Below are positions 49,501 through 57,818 of a stretch of 64,000 nt of DNA, piece by piece. Under the pieces are notes generated by a model. The model was given only the letters and a program-made list of their open reading frames with translations. It ran no database searches and was not told the DNA's origin. Each line of letters begins with the position of its first letter. Position 1 is the first letter of the stretch. A program made the translations under genes and the position numbers. Where the stretch lies: contig JAGLCW010000094.1 in assembly GCA_023146045.1 (NCBI GenBank), positions 2,579 through 66,578 of the forward strand, in the 5' to 3' direction. The stretch comes from Caldisericia bacterium (lineage in GTDB: Bacteria > Caldisericota > Caldisericia > UBA6126).

Positions 49501-49658
49501 GAAATCTAGAACGAGAATACAATCCTATTTTAGAAATAAACGATACCGCATATCTGGCAGCTGATTTTCTAAGTTTAAAAATGAATTTTAAAATCACTCT
49601 AGAATATAATGCCGAGAAGCAATTCCTTATTAGTTTGTTAAAAAGTAAAGAAGATTAA
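46521..49658 (+). CDS. Receptor-type Ser/Thr protein kinase with tandem kinase and pseudokinase domains, a TM helix and an extracellular domain ending in a CuAO-N-like module
   Basis: Domain 1 has 'IGRGGMSIVYKG', 'AIK', 'HQDIKSSN', 'DFG' and 'APE'. Domain 2 (about res 370-620) keeps HRD and APE but lacks the Gly loop, VAIK Lys and catalytic Asn, and has LGF for DFG. K-rich linker, TM 'LLIIALLVAAFCTIFAIYYF', and C-terminal 'ESVYIPIRFLVDSLGGKIEYDTETECITI'. RBS GGAGGG before the ATG. Confidence 0.8.
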   Translation: MDQIQFGKYIAYEEIGRGGMSIVYKGKHPTLNKPVAIKVLSEFLSVDKGFIKRFQDEAQMLSSFRHANIVSILDYGKQGSSYFIVMDFIEGFTVKQMILETGALSLNIATNIVKNVATAVAYTHRKSIVHQDIKSSNIMVDSNGRILVTDFGLSKNISLENVEENPYEVAGTLAYSAPEQLDRKQGKVDGRTDIYSLGVVFYEMVTGKLPFADENTTVNIAYQHLNVVPESPKKIRPDLLLKSSSIIMKMLKKKQDDRYQTMDDLLKEINELEDVLQYYKPQDEEEEGSFFSFQNDDEENDDESHGYKQSDSKEEVSNYEESNAAMVFSTEKSDTIGKKQITDMKTVDSNVDSFPPVDISDPFIGREIKHRYRIQKLILRRILSRLYYGVDLVKESPVTIQLPNESRPTFKTRIDKEIQTMKKINHPGFVKFIDVIEDNGVNFVIREYVDGYTIKNLLKREKLSIKRSVMIAMDVLDALSYLHNKGIVHRDLNSDVVIVPKEGRTRISSLGFTRVEDASSVSSGEFLGVVQYTAPEQIIQSHSDVRTDIYAVGILMFEMLTGVPPFDSPLPVEVMDMHLKRVPRFPEDAQKGIPLKLQRIVLRALSKQPEQRFPTAPEMAGSLKSFLESFTGKEVKIDAITGDMNENEKQTGIEKDTENRVNVLSDTGIYRNIQTSRNTKKQQFSIKKPLSRSEKKEKDNKVNIRKIINNDLQTETKKRDIGISKENEVYEATQKKKKTEKKNQISSPKFEVKAPKNKKVVRSNGKNKSNKKKSNPLLIIALLVAAFCTIFAIYYFKKPATGVNEETHANNTNRIEWVSPNSSAETTLIPMIPLEIELKQLDYSEGNYFDLVDLPKEIEYSVSLPDSKGTFEIMMYTSNQIRSSTVAFSLICMDPEDKILSETKYVIAYNYKAIKQIVLNYSNATYSVNKHEEKTIEPNAALNDESVYIPIRFLVDSLGGKIEYDTETECITITDIDSHEYKFYLTTQQYSVDGNLEREYNPILEINDTAYLAADFLSLKMNFKITLEYNAEKQFLISLLKSKED

Positions 49659-49663
49659 AAAGA

Positions 49664-50851
49664 ATGGGAAGAAAGTTAAGCACACAAAATCAGTTAACTA
49701 TTCTATTTGCTTTAGAAAAAAACGAAGAATACGAGGAGATCCGAAAAGACTTTGAGGATAATACTCTATTTCGCATAGAAGATTTTTTATCAGATGGGTT
49801 TTTGCTAGATGAGAAAATAAGACTATTGTCACCCGATATTTTAATATTGGACTATCACTTAAAAAACATAAATATGATAAATTTTCTTGAAGAAGCTATT
49901 ATTAAATACCCATCAACAGCGGTACTTCTAATAATTGACTCAAGTGATTTAATTGACATAAGGAAAATTGTCAAAACAGCAACAAGAAATGTTATAACAC
50001 GACCTTTAGACCATAAAATTCTTACTCAACTAGCTATGAACGCTTTTATATCTAGCTTTAAAGATAGAAAAATCCAAAATTTTGGCTTAAACTCCAAGAA
50101 AATGGGTAAACTGTTATGTTTCACTTCTGCAAAAGGGGGAGTTGGTAAATCTTTACTATCTGTCAATCTTGCCTTAGTGTTAGCGAATCTAACGGAATCG
50201 TACAAAGTCTTGCTTATGGACCTAGGTCTTCCTTACGGAGATCAAAGAGCTATCACGAACATCAGCCCAGAAAAAACTCAGTCTACTTTAGATTTATTAT
50301 TGATTGCAGATGAGTTATCCCCAGAGAGAATAAGTAGTATTGTACAAAGAAGTGAGATTTATCCAAATTTTGATATTGTTGTTTCGCCTGGTTCAGCAGA
50401 TAGAATGGCAGAAATTGATGAGGCAAAATTACGTAAAACAATAAGGGTTTTAAAATTGATATATGATTTCATTATTATTGATATGGATCCTGGAGTGGAC
50501 GATATCACAAAAATAATACTTGAACAGTCAGATAAAATATTTATTGTTTTTACTCCAGAAATCCCATCTTTATTTAGATTAGTAAATTACTTAAAAGAGT
50601 TCCAGTGGTTAAAAATTAGCAGTCCACCAGAGATAATATACAACAAAAGACCTAAAAAGGTAGATCAAAAAATTAACACAATACTTCAGAAAATTCTTCC
50701 GTACCCCATATTTTGTAGCATAAGAGAAGATAATAAAATAGCTATTTCTTCGCTTAACGACATGTATCCAGCTGTTACCAAAAAAGGTGTTTTAAGAAAA
50801 GATATCATGGATTTTGCAGAGAAGATCCTTGAATGGGAGAGCAATAACTAA
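49664..50851 (+). CDS. cpaE: Tad pilus assembly ATPase-like protein CpaE/TadZ (degenerate receiver domain plus ParA/MinD-type ATPase)
   Basis: N-terminal receiver-like domain. 'AKGGVGKSLLSVNLA' deviant Walker A. Starts 5 nt after the kinase stop. Confidence 0.75.
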   Translation: MGRKLSTQNQLTILFALEKNEEYEEIRKDFEDNTLFRIEDFLSDGFLLDEKIRLLSPDILILDYHLKNINMINFLEEAIIKYPSTAVLLIIDSSDLIDIRKIVKTATRNVITRPLDHKILTQLAMNAFISSFKDRKIQNFGLNSKKMGKLLCFTSAKGGVGKSLLSVNLALVLANLTESYKVLLMDLGLPYGDQRAITNISPEKTQSTLDLLLIADELSPERISSIVQRSEIYPNFDIVVSPGSADRMAEIDEAKLRKTIRVLKLIYDFIIIDMDPGVDDITKIILEQSDKIFIVFTPEIPSLFRLVNYLKEFQWLKISSPPEIIYNKRPKKVDQKINTILQKILPYPIFCSIREDNKIAISSLNDMYPAVTKKGVLRKDIMDFAEKILEWESNN

Positions 50852-52221
50852 TGCCAAACTCAGATAATGCTGAAGATTTTTATAAAACAATTAGGAACAA
50901 TGTTTTTGAATCAATAACTCCTGCAGATATATTACGCGAGAAGCAAGAAAATCCTGATCAGATAAAAGGGAAAATTCGTAACATCTGTCTCCAAACTATT
51001 CAAGCATCAAGAAGAGTTTTACCGATAGAATACCAAGAACAAATAATCAACCGTTTGTTGAATGAAATATTTGGGTTTGGGCATATTCAACCATTGTTAG
51101 AAGATGAAAGCATTTCAGAGATTATGATAAATGCTCCAGATCAGGTATACATAGAACGAGACGGCAAGCTATTCAAATCTGATGTTATATTTGAATCAAA
51201 GGCCCAAATTATACAAATTATTGATAGAATTGTTAGCCCTCTTGGTAGGAGAATAGACGAATCTAGCCCGTTGGTTGACGCCAGACTGCCAGATGGTAGT
51301 CGAGTTAATGCTGTTATTCCACCAATAGCTGTAAAAAGCCCATCATTAACAATAAGAAAGTTTAAAGATACAATCTTAAGCTACGATAGTCTTATTGATT
51401 ACGGCTCAATGACAAAAAAAATGGCTACGTTTATTGATAGAATTGTTAAGGCTCGAGCAAATATAATTATCTCAGGCGGCACTGGATCTGGCAAAACAAC
51501 GTTGCTAAATGTTTGCTCTACATCTATCCCAAGGTTTGAGAGAATTATCACAGTTGAAGATTCAATAGAGTTAAAATTAAAGCAGCCGCATGTTGTTTCA
51601 CTAGAAGCAAGACCTCCAAACATTGAAGGCGAAGGGCGGGTTACTATTAAAGATCTTGTCATAAACTGCCTAAGAATGAGGCCAGATAGAATCATTGTTG
51701 GTGAAGTCAGAGGGAAAGAAGCATTTGATATGCTTCAAGCTATGAATACAGGGCATGATGGCTCTTTGACTACAGTTCATGCAAATACACCGAAAGATGT
51801 TATATCTAGATTAACTTCAATGGTATACATGGCTGGGATGGATATGCCTGTACATATTTTGCAAGAAATGATATTTAGTGCAATAGAATGCGTAATACAG
51901 ACTGCTCGTTTCCCAGATGGATCAAGGAGAATTACAACAATATCTGAATTGGCATCTTTTGAAAACAAACAAGTTGTTTTAAATCCAATATTCAATTTTG
52001 AAATTGACGGCAGAGACGAAAATGGAAAAATTAAGGGACATTACGCAGAAGGGTCTTTTGGCAAGAGAATTAGAAATAAAATTGAAGCTACAGAAATTGC
52101 TAAACCGAAAAAAAATAAGAAAGAAGCTTCAAAAGAAAACTCGATACAGGAAAATAAAAGTGTATCAATGCAGAAGTTGATGAGAAAGCTTGGAGTAACG
52201 GATGAAAACAGGGAACAGTAG
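50851..52221 (+). CDS. cpaF: Tad pilus secretion ATPase CpaF/TadA (type II/IV secretion NTPase)
   Basis: 'IIISGGTGSGKTTLLN' Walker A; Asp box; Walker B; His box 'TGHDGSLTTVHAN'. Confidence 0.9.
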   Translation: MPNSDNAEDFYKTIRNNVFESITPADILREKQENPDQIKGKIRNICLQTIQASRRVLPIEYQEQIINRLLNEIFGFGHIQPLLEDESISEIMINAPDQVYIERDGKLFKSDVIFESKAQIIQIIDRIVSPLGRRIDESSPLVDARLPDGSRVNAVIPPIAVKSPSLTIRKFKDTILSYDSLIDYGSMTKKMATFIDRIVKARANIIISGGTGSGKTTLLNVCSTSIPRFERIITVEDSIELKLKQPHVVSLEARPPNIEGEGRVTIKDLVINCLRMRPDRIIVGEVRGKEAFDMLQAMNTGHDGSLTTVHANTPKDVISRLTSMVYMAGMDMPVHILQEMIFSAIECVIQTARFPDGSRRITTISELASFENKQVVLNPIFNFEIDGRDENGKIKGHYAEGSFGKRIRNKIEATEIAKPKKNKKEASKENSIQENKSVSMQKLMRKLGVTDENREQ

Positions 52222-53041
52222 TAGACAAAATAAAAAAGATGATTTGTTTAGTCCTTATTATCAATCGAAAAAGAGAAAAAATACCATAAATGAGGGTAAT
52301 AAAAACGTTAGCGTAAAAGAAGGATCGTTGTCAGATATTTTTCAAACAACAATCAGTACTTTTGCATTGGCATTAATGATAGTTGGCGGGTTAGCATGTG
52401 TATTCGTAGTGTTTTATATTATGTATCACAATATCATAATGGGTATATTGTTTTCTGGAATTGCTGCTGCAGGGTTTTTGATGTTTTTGCAAATCAAAAA
52501 AACAGAAAAGGAAAATAAGTTTGTGAATCAACTACCAGATACATTGTCTGCTGTTGCAAATTCTTTAAAAGCAGGATTTTCACTTGATCAAGCTTTTGAG
52601 TTTGTATCTATTTCTATGCCAGAGCCAACTAAAAGTGAATTCTCTAGAATACATTTGAATTATAGGGTTGGATTAACTCTTTCTACCTCTTTAGAAGATT
52701 TGCTTAAAAAGTATCCTAATCCTGAAGTAAAACTATTTGTATCTTCAATGGTTTTACAGGAACAAATAGGCGGTAATGTTGTTCCTTTTCTTGGAGAATT
52801 GAAAAATATTCTGAAGGAGCGAGTAAAACTTAAAGGAAGTATTGCAGTTGGAACGGCTCAAACAAGGTTATCATCTGCAATTGTCGCTCTTCTTCCTTAT
52901 GTAATGTTAATGCTTCTTGTTTCGTCTGGTTATGATTCTTTAACGAATACATTAAAAGGCATTCTATTGCTTATATTCGCCATACTTATGCAGGCTACTG
53001 GATTGTTTATTAATGATAAAATAACAAAGGTTGATGTGTAA
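52202..53041 (+). CDS. tadB: Tad pilus assembly inner-membrane protein TadB (T2SS-F domain)
   Basis: GspF/T2SSF-like domain with TM helices ('LQEQIGGNVVPFLGELKNILKER'), located between cpaF and tadC. Confidence 0.7.
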   Translation: MKTGNSSRQNKKDDLFSPYYQSKKRKNTINEGNKNVSVKEGSLSDIFQTTISTFALALMIVGGLACVFVVFYIMYHNIIMGILFSGIAAAGFLMFLQIKKTEKENKFVNQLPDTLSAVANSLKAGFSLDQAFEFVSISMPEPTKSEFSRIHLNYRVGLTLSTSLEDLLKKYPNPEVKLFVSSMVLQEQIGGNVVPFLGELKNILKERVKLKGSIAVGTAQTRLSSAIVALLPYVMLMLLVSSGYDSLTNTLKGILLLIFAILMQATGLFINDKITKVDV

Positions 53042-54843
53042 TGAATTCTATAGAATATACATTAATTGTTGTAATATTTGTCATGTTGATTTTTTACTTA
53101 CTTGTGCGTCTTTTATATGCAAATAAAGATAGGAAAAAACGCTCAACGGATTTATTATTCGGCATGGAAGATAGGAAAAGGAAACGAAAGAAATCTCCAA
53201 ATTTTATAATACAACTTTTGAATAATCTTTCAAAGCCTTTCTATAAAATCTTTCCAGTTTTTGGAAAAATTGCTACAAAAAAAACTGAAGAAGTAAATAA
53301 GGCTACGAGCGATAAACTAGAAAAAGCTGGAAGACCGTTTGATTTTGATACCGATGACTTCAATAAGCTGAAGCTATTCTGTGCAGTCACATTTCTTTTT
53401 TTAATGTTTATAGTTGCAACGGGCAACGAAAACCCAAATTACTATCTTTATGCTGTTATTTCTGGAGTAGTGGGGTTTTTTTATCCAGATCTTTTTATTA
53501 TGGGATTGTTACAAACTAGAGCAAAAAAGATATCCCTTGAACTACCAAATGCTATGGATTTTATTGCTCTTTGTCTAGCTGCAGGAATGAATTTCCAGTT
53601 AGCTGTAGAAGAGTATTCAAAAAGAAATTCAACAATTTTAGCAGATGAATTTGATATATTCATCAATGACGTTCAGGTAGGAGTTGGTAGAGTTGATGCT
53701 TTTCAACATCTTTTAGATAGAAATGGTTCTCCAGAGTTTAGGAGTTTTTTAGTATCAATTATTCAAGGGGAACGATTGGGGACTCCATTAAGACCCGTAA
53801 TAATGAGTCAAGCAGAAGAATTACGCGGTAAAAGAAAAATTAATGTAGAAAAAGAAATAGCAACTGCCCCAACAAAAATGTTGTTCCCTCTTGTTATGTT
53901 CATCTTGCCAGCTATGCTTATGATAATACTCGGATCGGTGCTTTTACCAAAACAAGAAAAAAAAGAGCTTGGAATGGGATTAACACTAACAAAATTTATT
54001 TACTATCAAGTAACTCCAGGCGTTAATGTATTCGTTAATACAGAAGAGTATCCTGTTTACGAAATCCAGATAAGCGAAGATTACTTTACGAAAGAAAAAG
54101 GATTAGAATACCAAGAAGGAGCAATCGAAACTCCTTCTCAACTTAAATACGCGGAAGAATTTTTTCAAACAAGTAGCTCAAAGATAGCTTGGTTCGCTAG
54201 ACTAGACTTGCCTGAGGGAGAACTAGTAAAATATCATATAGTAGTTGTTGCAAACAACGGTCAAAAAAATAACAATTTTATTGCAACAAAGTATGTTACT
54301 TTTTTCATTGAAGAGGCTAATGAAGACGGGATACTCTACTCACAAAATAGTAAAAAAATTGCAATTAGAGGAAGGGTAACTCCAAATATTAAAGTCAAAG
54401 CAATGCTAGATAATAAGGAATTAATTGGTGTAATGAATGAAGAAACTGGAGAATTCTATTTTGAGAACATATCTGTTTCAAATAAAACAAACCCAATTCA
54501 GTTTACACTAGAAGATTCATTAGGGCTTAGCATTATTGTTGAAAAGAAAATTGAGTACACCGGGATATTTGTAAATGCTGCATTTTCACAAGAAACTACA
54601 ATTAACCCTGTAGGCAACTTAACCGGAACAGCAACGGCGAATTCATTTATAAAAATGTATAAAGTTGAGAACGGGAAAATGATATATCTGCAAACCATAG
54701 AAGTAGATCAAACAGGGATTATTAATGAAATGATACCAATTGAGCCAGGGGTAAACCAATTTCAGATTTATGCAACTTTTGAAGCAGAACAAGAAAAGAG
54801 CCCAAAGAGAAAATTATCAATTACAAGGAGTTTAATTCCATGA
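53041..54843 (+). CDS. tadC: TadC (T2SS-F domain) with an Ig-like C-terminal extension of about 290 aa
   Basis: The N-terminal ~310 aa form a TadC-like T2SSF membrane domain. Residues ~310-600 are a soluble beta-rich extension not typical of TadC. Confidence 0.7.
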   Translation: MNSIEYTLIVVIFVMLIFYLLVRLLYANKDRKKRSTDLLFGMEDRKRKRKKSPNFIIQLLNNLSKPFYKIFPVFGKIATKKTEEVNKATSDKLEKAGRPFDFDTDDFNKLKLFCAVTFLFLMFIVATGNENPNYYLYAVISGVVGFFYPDLFIMGLLQTRAKKISLELPNAMDFIALCLAAGMNFQLAVEEYSKRNSTILADEFDIFINDVQVGVGRVDAFQHLLDRNGSPEFRSFLVSIIQGERLGTPLRPVIMSQAEELRGKRKINVEKEIATAPTKMLFPLVMFILPAMLMIILGSVLLPKQEKKELGMGLTLTKFIYYQVTPGVNVFVNTEEYPVYEIQISEDYFTKEKGLEYQEGAIETPSQLKYAEEFFQTSSSKIAWFARLDLPEGELVKYHIVVVANNGQKNNNFIATKYVTFFIEEANEDGILYSQNSKKIAIRGRVTPNIKVKAMLDNKELIGVMNEETGEFYFENISVSNKTNPIQFTLEDSLGLSIIVEKKIEYTGIFVNAAFSQETTINPVGNLTGTATANSFIKMYKVENGKMIYLQTIEVDQTGIINEMIPIEPGVNQFQIYATFEAEQEKSPKRKLSITRSLIP

Positions 54844-55397
54844 TGTATCAATTGCCATTAGTCTATGTACTAATAGTGTTTAGTATTGTAGTGGTAGTCT
54901 GTATTGTTTCTGTAATAACAGATATTAAAACCAGGAAGATATTGAATGCCGTAACGTTGCCAGCTTTTTTACTAGGAATTACGATTAATCCTTTGTTTTT
55001 TAAATTAAGCGGTTTGAATCCATTAAATGGACTCTTAAATTCACTATATGGTTTGATAATAGGATTTGGATTTTTCTTTGTTTTCTATATTGTTGGAAAA
55101 GGTAAAAACATGGGAGCAGGAGATGTAAAATTAATGGGAGCTATAGGGTCATTAGTCGGATGGCAAATGACTGTCAATTCAATAATTTTCACTTCATTTG
55201 TAGGTCTAATTGTTGCTATAATTTTATTTTTTCCTTTGCTTTATACACTTATTTTTTCTGGGAATGCAGCAAGTTTAAAAGATTATGGAAAAATGACTGT
55301 TCCGTATGGTGTCTCAATTGGCATTGGAACTTTGATTGCAGTTGGCTTTCGTTTATTGTACATTGCAGAAATACTAGAGGTACCACTGTTTATATGA
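54840..55397 (+). CDS. tadV: Prepilin peptidase (A24 family, CpaA/TadV-type)
   Basis: Small polytopic membrane protein with the catalytic Asp context ('ITDIKTRKI' ... 'GAGDVKLMGAIG') typical of TadV/CpaA. Confidence 0.75.
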   Translation: MMYQLPLVYVLIVFSIVVVVCIVSVITDIKTRKILNAVTLPAFLLGITINPLFFKLSGLNPLNGLLNSLYGLIIGFGFFFVFYIVGKGKNMGAGDVKLMGAIGSLVGWQMTVNSIIFTSFVGLIVAIILFFPLLYTLIFSGNAASLKDYGKMTVPYGVSIGIGTLIAVGFRLLYIAEILEVPLFI

Positions 55398-55807
55398 TTA
55401 GTAAAAAGTATAAAAACGAAAAAGGCTCAACAACATTAGAATTTGCATTGCTATTTCCTTTTTCGTTTTTACTAACTTTTTTTGCATTAGTGATAATTTT
55501 TAGGTCAGCTGACGCTTTGCTCATTACTTATGAAACAAACAGAGTTGCTAGGGCTATGGCAATGAACGGCAGCGTTTCAACTCAGTTAACAAATCAAGTG
55601 CAAGGCATGCCAATGCTTAATCAATATCAAACAAGAGTTGTTACTGCAAAAAACACAGATGCACCATTGATTAAAGCGCAGGTTCAGATGAGCAATGGGC
55701 TAATTCCAAAATACTTCCTTACTCTTACCTTAGAAGATGATGCAGTTGATCAAATCGATCAATACTCTGTAATAAGAGAAAGAGCAGTGTATGTCGATGG
55801 ATTCTAA
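55394..55807 (+). CDS. tadE: TadE-like pseudopilin
   Basis: 'EKGSTTLEFALLFPFSFLLTFFALVII' N-terminus (TadE/Flp-type processed leader followed by a hydrophobic helix). The true start ATG at 55394 overlaps the tadV stop (ATGA). Confidence 0.6.
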   Translation: MISKKYKNEKGSTTLEFALLFPFSFLLTFFALVIIFRSADALLITYETNRVARAMAMNGSVSTQLTNQVQGMPMLNQYQTRVVTAKNTDAPLIKAQVQMSNGLIPKYFLTLTLEDDAVDQIDQYSVIRERAVYVDGF

Positions 55808-56237
55808 AACTACATTGGCAAATAGATTTATACACGATGAGACTGGTCAATCAATAATAGAAACAGCATTTTTGCTATCTTTGGTGTTGTTGATAATAAT
55901 GGTCTTCATTTCTTTATCATACGGCTATTATTACAGAACAAATATTCAACATTTAGCTACAAATGTTGCTACCGTGTTAAGTCTTTCTGAAATCGAAAAC
56001 AATAGTGCAAATACTACTCAAAGGATCAATGATATTGTAAGTTTTTATGAGAGTAATCTAATATTCCCCATATACACAAGCGATTCGGATAGATTTACAA
56101 TTTCATGGGAAGAAGAAGTACATGATTTGTACTACACGGTTTATTCTGTAAGAGTTGACTACATAGGACCAAATTTTCCGTTAACAGACCCAATAAACAT
56201 TTCTGTGACCTCAACATCATTAAAGGTTGAAAAATGA
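55791..56237 (+). CDS. TadE/TadF-like pseudopilin
   Basis: 'ETGQSIIETAFLLSLVLLIIMVFISL' N-terminus of the TadE type. Confidence 0.55.
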   Translation: MSMDSKTTLANRFIHDETGQSIIETAFLLSLVLLIIMVFISLSYGYYYRTNIQHLATNVATVLSLSEIENNSANTTQRINDIVSFYESNLIFPIYTSDSDRFTISWEEEVHDLYYTVYSVRVDYIGPNFPLTDPINISVTSTSLKVEK

Positions 56238-56719
56238 AGAAGTACAAAATAAACAAAGAAAATGGAGATATTGTTTCTCAAAGAGCAGTTATTCTTAGAA
56301 ATCCTTTATTGAAAATGAAAGGACTTCTGGGAAGAAAAGCAATTGGCGAAGAAGAGGCTTATATTTTTTATCATGCTTCATCTATACATACTTATGGAAT
56401 GAAGTTTGACATAGATGTAGTTTTTCTGGACAAGAATAAATATGTTAAGAAAATTATTTCTTCAATGGCTCCAGGAAGAATTGTAAATTGCAATTCCTAC
56501 GCAACAATTGAGTTTCCAAAGAATAGAATGAAAGAGAAGAATGTTATTGAAGGATCTAAGCTTGAATGGTTTGTATCTGATGAATCTGGTCAAGTGATTC
56601 TAGAGTACGCATTAATTCTAGCAGTTTTTGTTATTGCAATAATTGGCGTGGCAATCCCATTAGTGCAAACTACGAAACTTTTTATGCAGCATATGATTAA
56701 CTATCTTGTTGACATTTAA
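56234..56719 (+). CDS. DUF192-family protein whose in-frame 3' end encodes an Flp/Fap-pilin-like segment
   Basis: Residues 1-~113 are DUF192-like ('FYHASSIHTYGMKFDIDVVFLD...ATIEFPKN'). The C-terminal 'SDESGQVILEYALILAVFVIAIIGVAIPLV' matches the Flp prepilin G/xxxxEY processing motif plus a hydrophobic helix. Confidence 0.55.
   Translation: MKKYKINKENGDIVSQRAVILRNPLLKMKGLLGRKAIGEEEAYIFYHASSIHTYGMKFDIDVVFLDKNKYVKKIISSMAPGRIVNCNSYATIEFPKNRMKEKNVIEGSKLEWFVSDESGQVILEYALILAVFVIAIIGVAIPLVQTTKLFMQHMINYLVDI
56528..56719 (+). CDS. flp: Candidate Flp/Fap prepilin (63 aa) initiated from an internal in-frame ATG of the DUF192 ORF
   Basis: MKEKNVIEGSKLEWFVSDESG|QVILEYALILAVFVIAIIGVAIPLVQ... has a leader, a G|xxxxEY cleavage motif and a hydrophobic stretch like Flp pilins. 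It ends the tad operon, where the pilin gene is expected. Confidence 0.4.
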   Translation: MKEKNVIEGSKLEWFVSDESGQVILEYALILAVFVIAIIGVAIPLVQTTKLFMQHMINYLVDI

Positions 56720-57818
56720 TGTATTTTTTGTGAACATACTCAGAGCTCATAGAGTATAATAAGGCGGAGTAGTTTAAGCGGAATGAAATGGTATCACCTA
56801 CATTTAGGTTTGTACTTGACTCTTCAACATCTAATAGAAGATGATCAGAGGATGCTCCAAGTATTGATAGCCCATTCAATGTTGGAGTTAGCCCAAAAAT
56901 ATCCGTATCCAGTCTTCCAATGTTCACGATTGCTCTTTTTCGCAATCCTTTATCTTCAAAAAAAGGTGTTTCGCCAAATGCATTTTTTGTTAAAGGTTTT
57001 TTCGGTAATGTAGGTTTTATCTTTAATTCAATTATCTCACCAGTAAGAGTAAAACAATCCTGGTAGCAATCACCAACGCTGTTTTTATTTATTGCATCTA
57101 CGCCCATTACAATTGTTTCTCCAACACGCACGTGGTTTATAAAACTTGGCAAAGAGCTATTCTCTAAAAGAGGCATTAAATTAGATCCTCCACCAGAGAT
57201 GTACTCGGGATGCTTGTGAAAATATTTTTTAAAGTATTCAGCAGCAGCCTGTAATGTTTTTAAATTATCCACTGTTGGTATTAAACCTGCAAAGCATGTG
57301 GCATTACATCCTACACCAACAAAATCTAAAGCCTTAAGTTTAGTACAAAGTTCTAAAAATCTTGGGAAATCATCTATCATTATTCCCTCTCTTAAATCCC
57401 CAATCTCAACCATTAAAATAACCTTGTGTGTTGTTTTTGTTTTTATGCAATAGTCGTTAAGTGCAGAAAGCACGTTGATTTCAGTATTCAAACTGATATC
57501 ACAAATATCTACTACTTGATCTATGTTTTGTAACGAAGGACTTCTTATTAGCATGAACTCAGCATTGATTGAGTGATTTTTCATTCTAACAATATCAGAA
57601 ACTCTAGAGTCAGCCAAAGAACTGGTTATCTCGGCATACTTGCTGCAGATTACTGGATCACCCATGATGACTTTTGTTACAGGGGTTAGTTTGACATTAC
57701 TTTTAACACAAAGCGAGTTCACAACAGATAGATTGTGTGTTAATTTCTCAATGTTAATGCTAAGGATAGGCGTATTCATAAATGCTCCTAATTTATAGAT
57801 TGATGGAGTGTTTTGCAA
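56697..57818 (-). CDS. PLP-dependent amino-acid racemase (alanine racemase N-terminal-domain family, ornithine racemase/YhfX-like)
   Basis: Fold-type III PLP barrel ('VKLTPVTKVIMGDP', the N-terminal Lys region) with a C-terminal beta domain. Similar to the predicted amino acid racemase family. Confidence 0.65.
   Translation of the reverse strand: MQNTPSIYKLGAFMNTPILSINIEKLTHNLSVVNSLCVKSNVKLTPVTKVIMGDPVICSKYAEITSSLADSRVSDIVRMKNHSINAEFMLIRSPSLQNIDQVVDICDISLNTEINVLSALNDYCIKTKTTHKVILMVEIGDLREGIMIDDFPRFLELCTKLKALDFVGVGCNATCFAGLIPTVDNLKTLQAAAEYFKKYFHKHPEYISGGGSNLMPLLENSSLPSFINHVRVGETIVMGVDAINKNSVGDCYQDCFTLTGEIIELKIKPTLPKKPLTKNAFGETPFFEDKGLRKRAIVNIGRLDTDIFGLTPTLNGLSILGASSDHLLLDVEESSTNLNVGDTISFRLNYSALLYSMSSEYVHKKYIKCQQDS

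Noticed and set aside
55160-55393. A 5' extension of the TadE-like ORF giving a 215-aa product overlapping tadV
   Set aside because: The extension is Cys/Trp/Phe-rich nonsense in a different frame from tadV. The TadE-like homology begins at the internal ATG 55394, which forms an ATGA overlap with the tadV stop.
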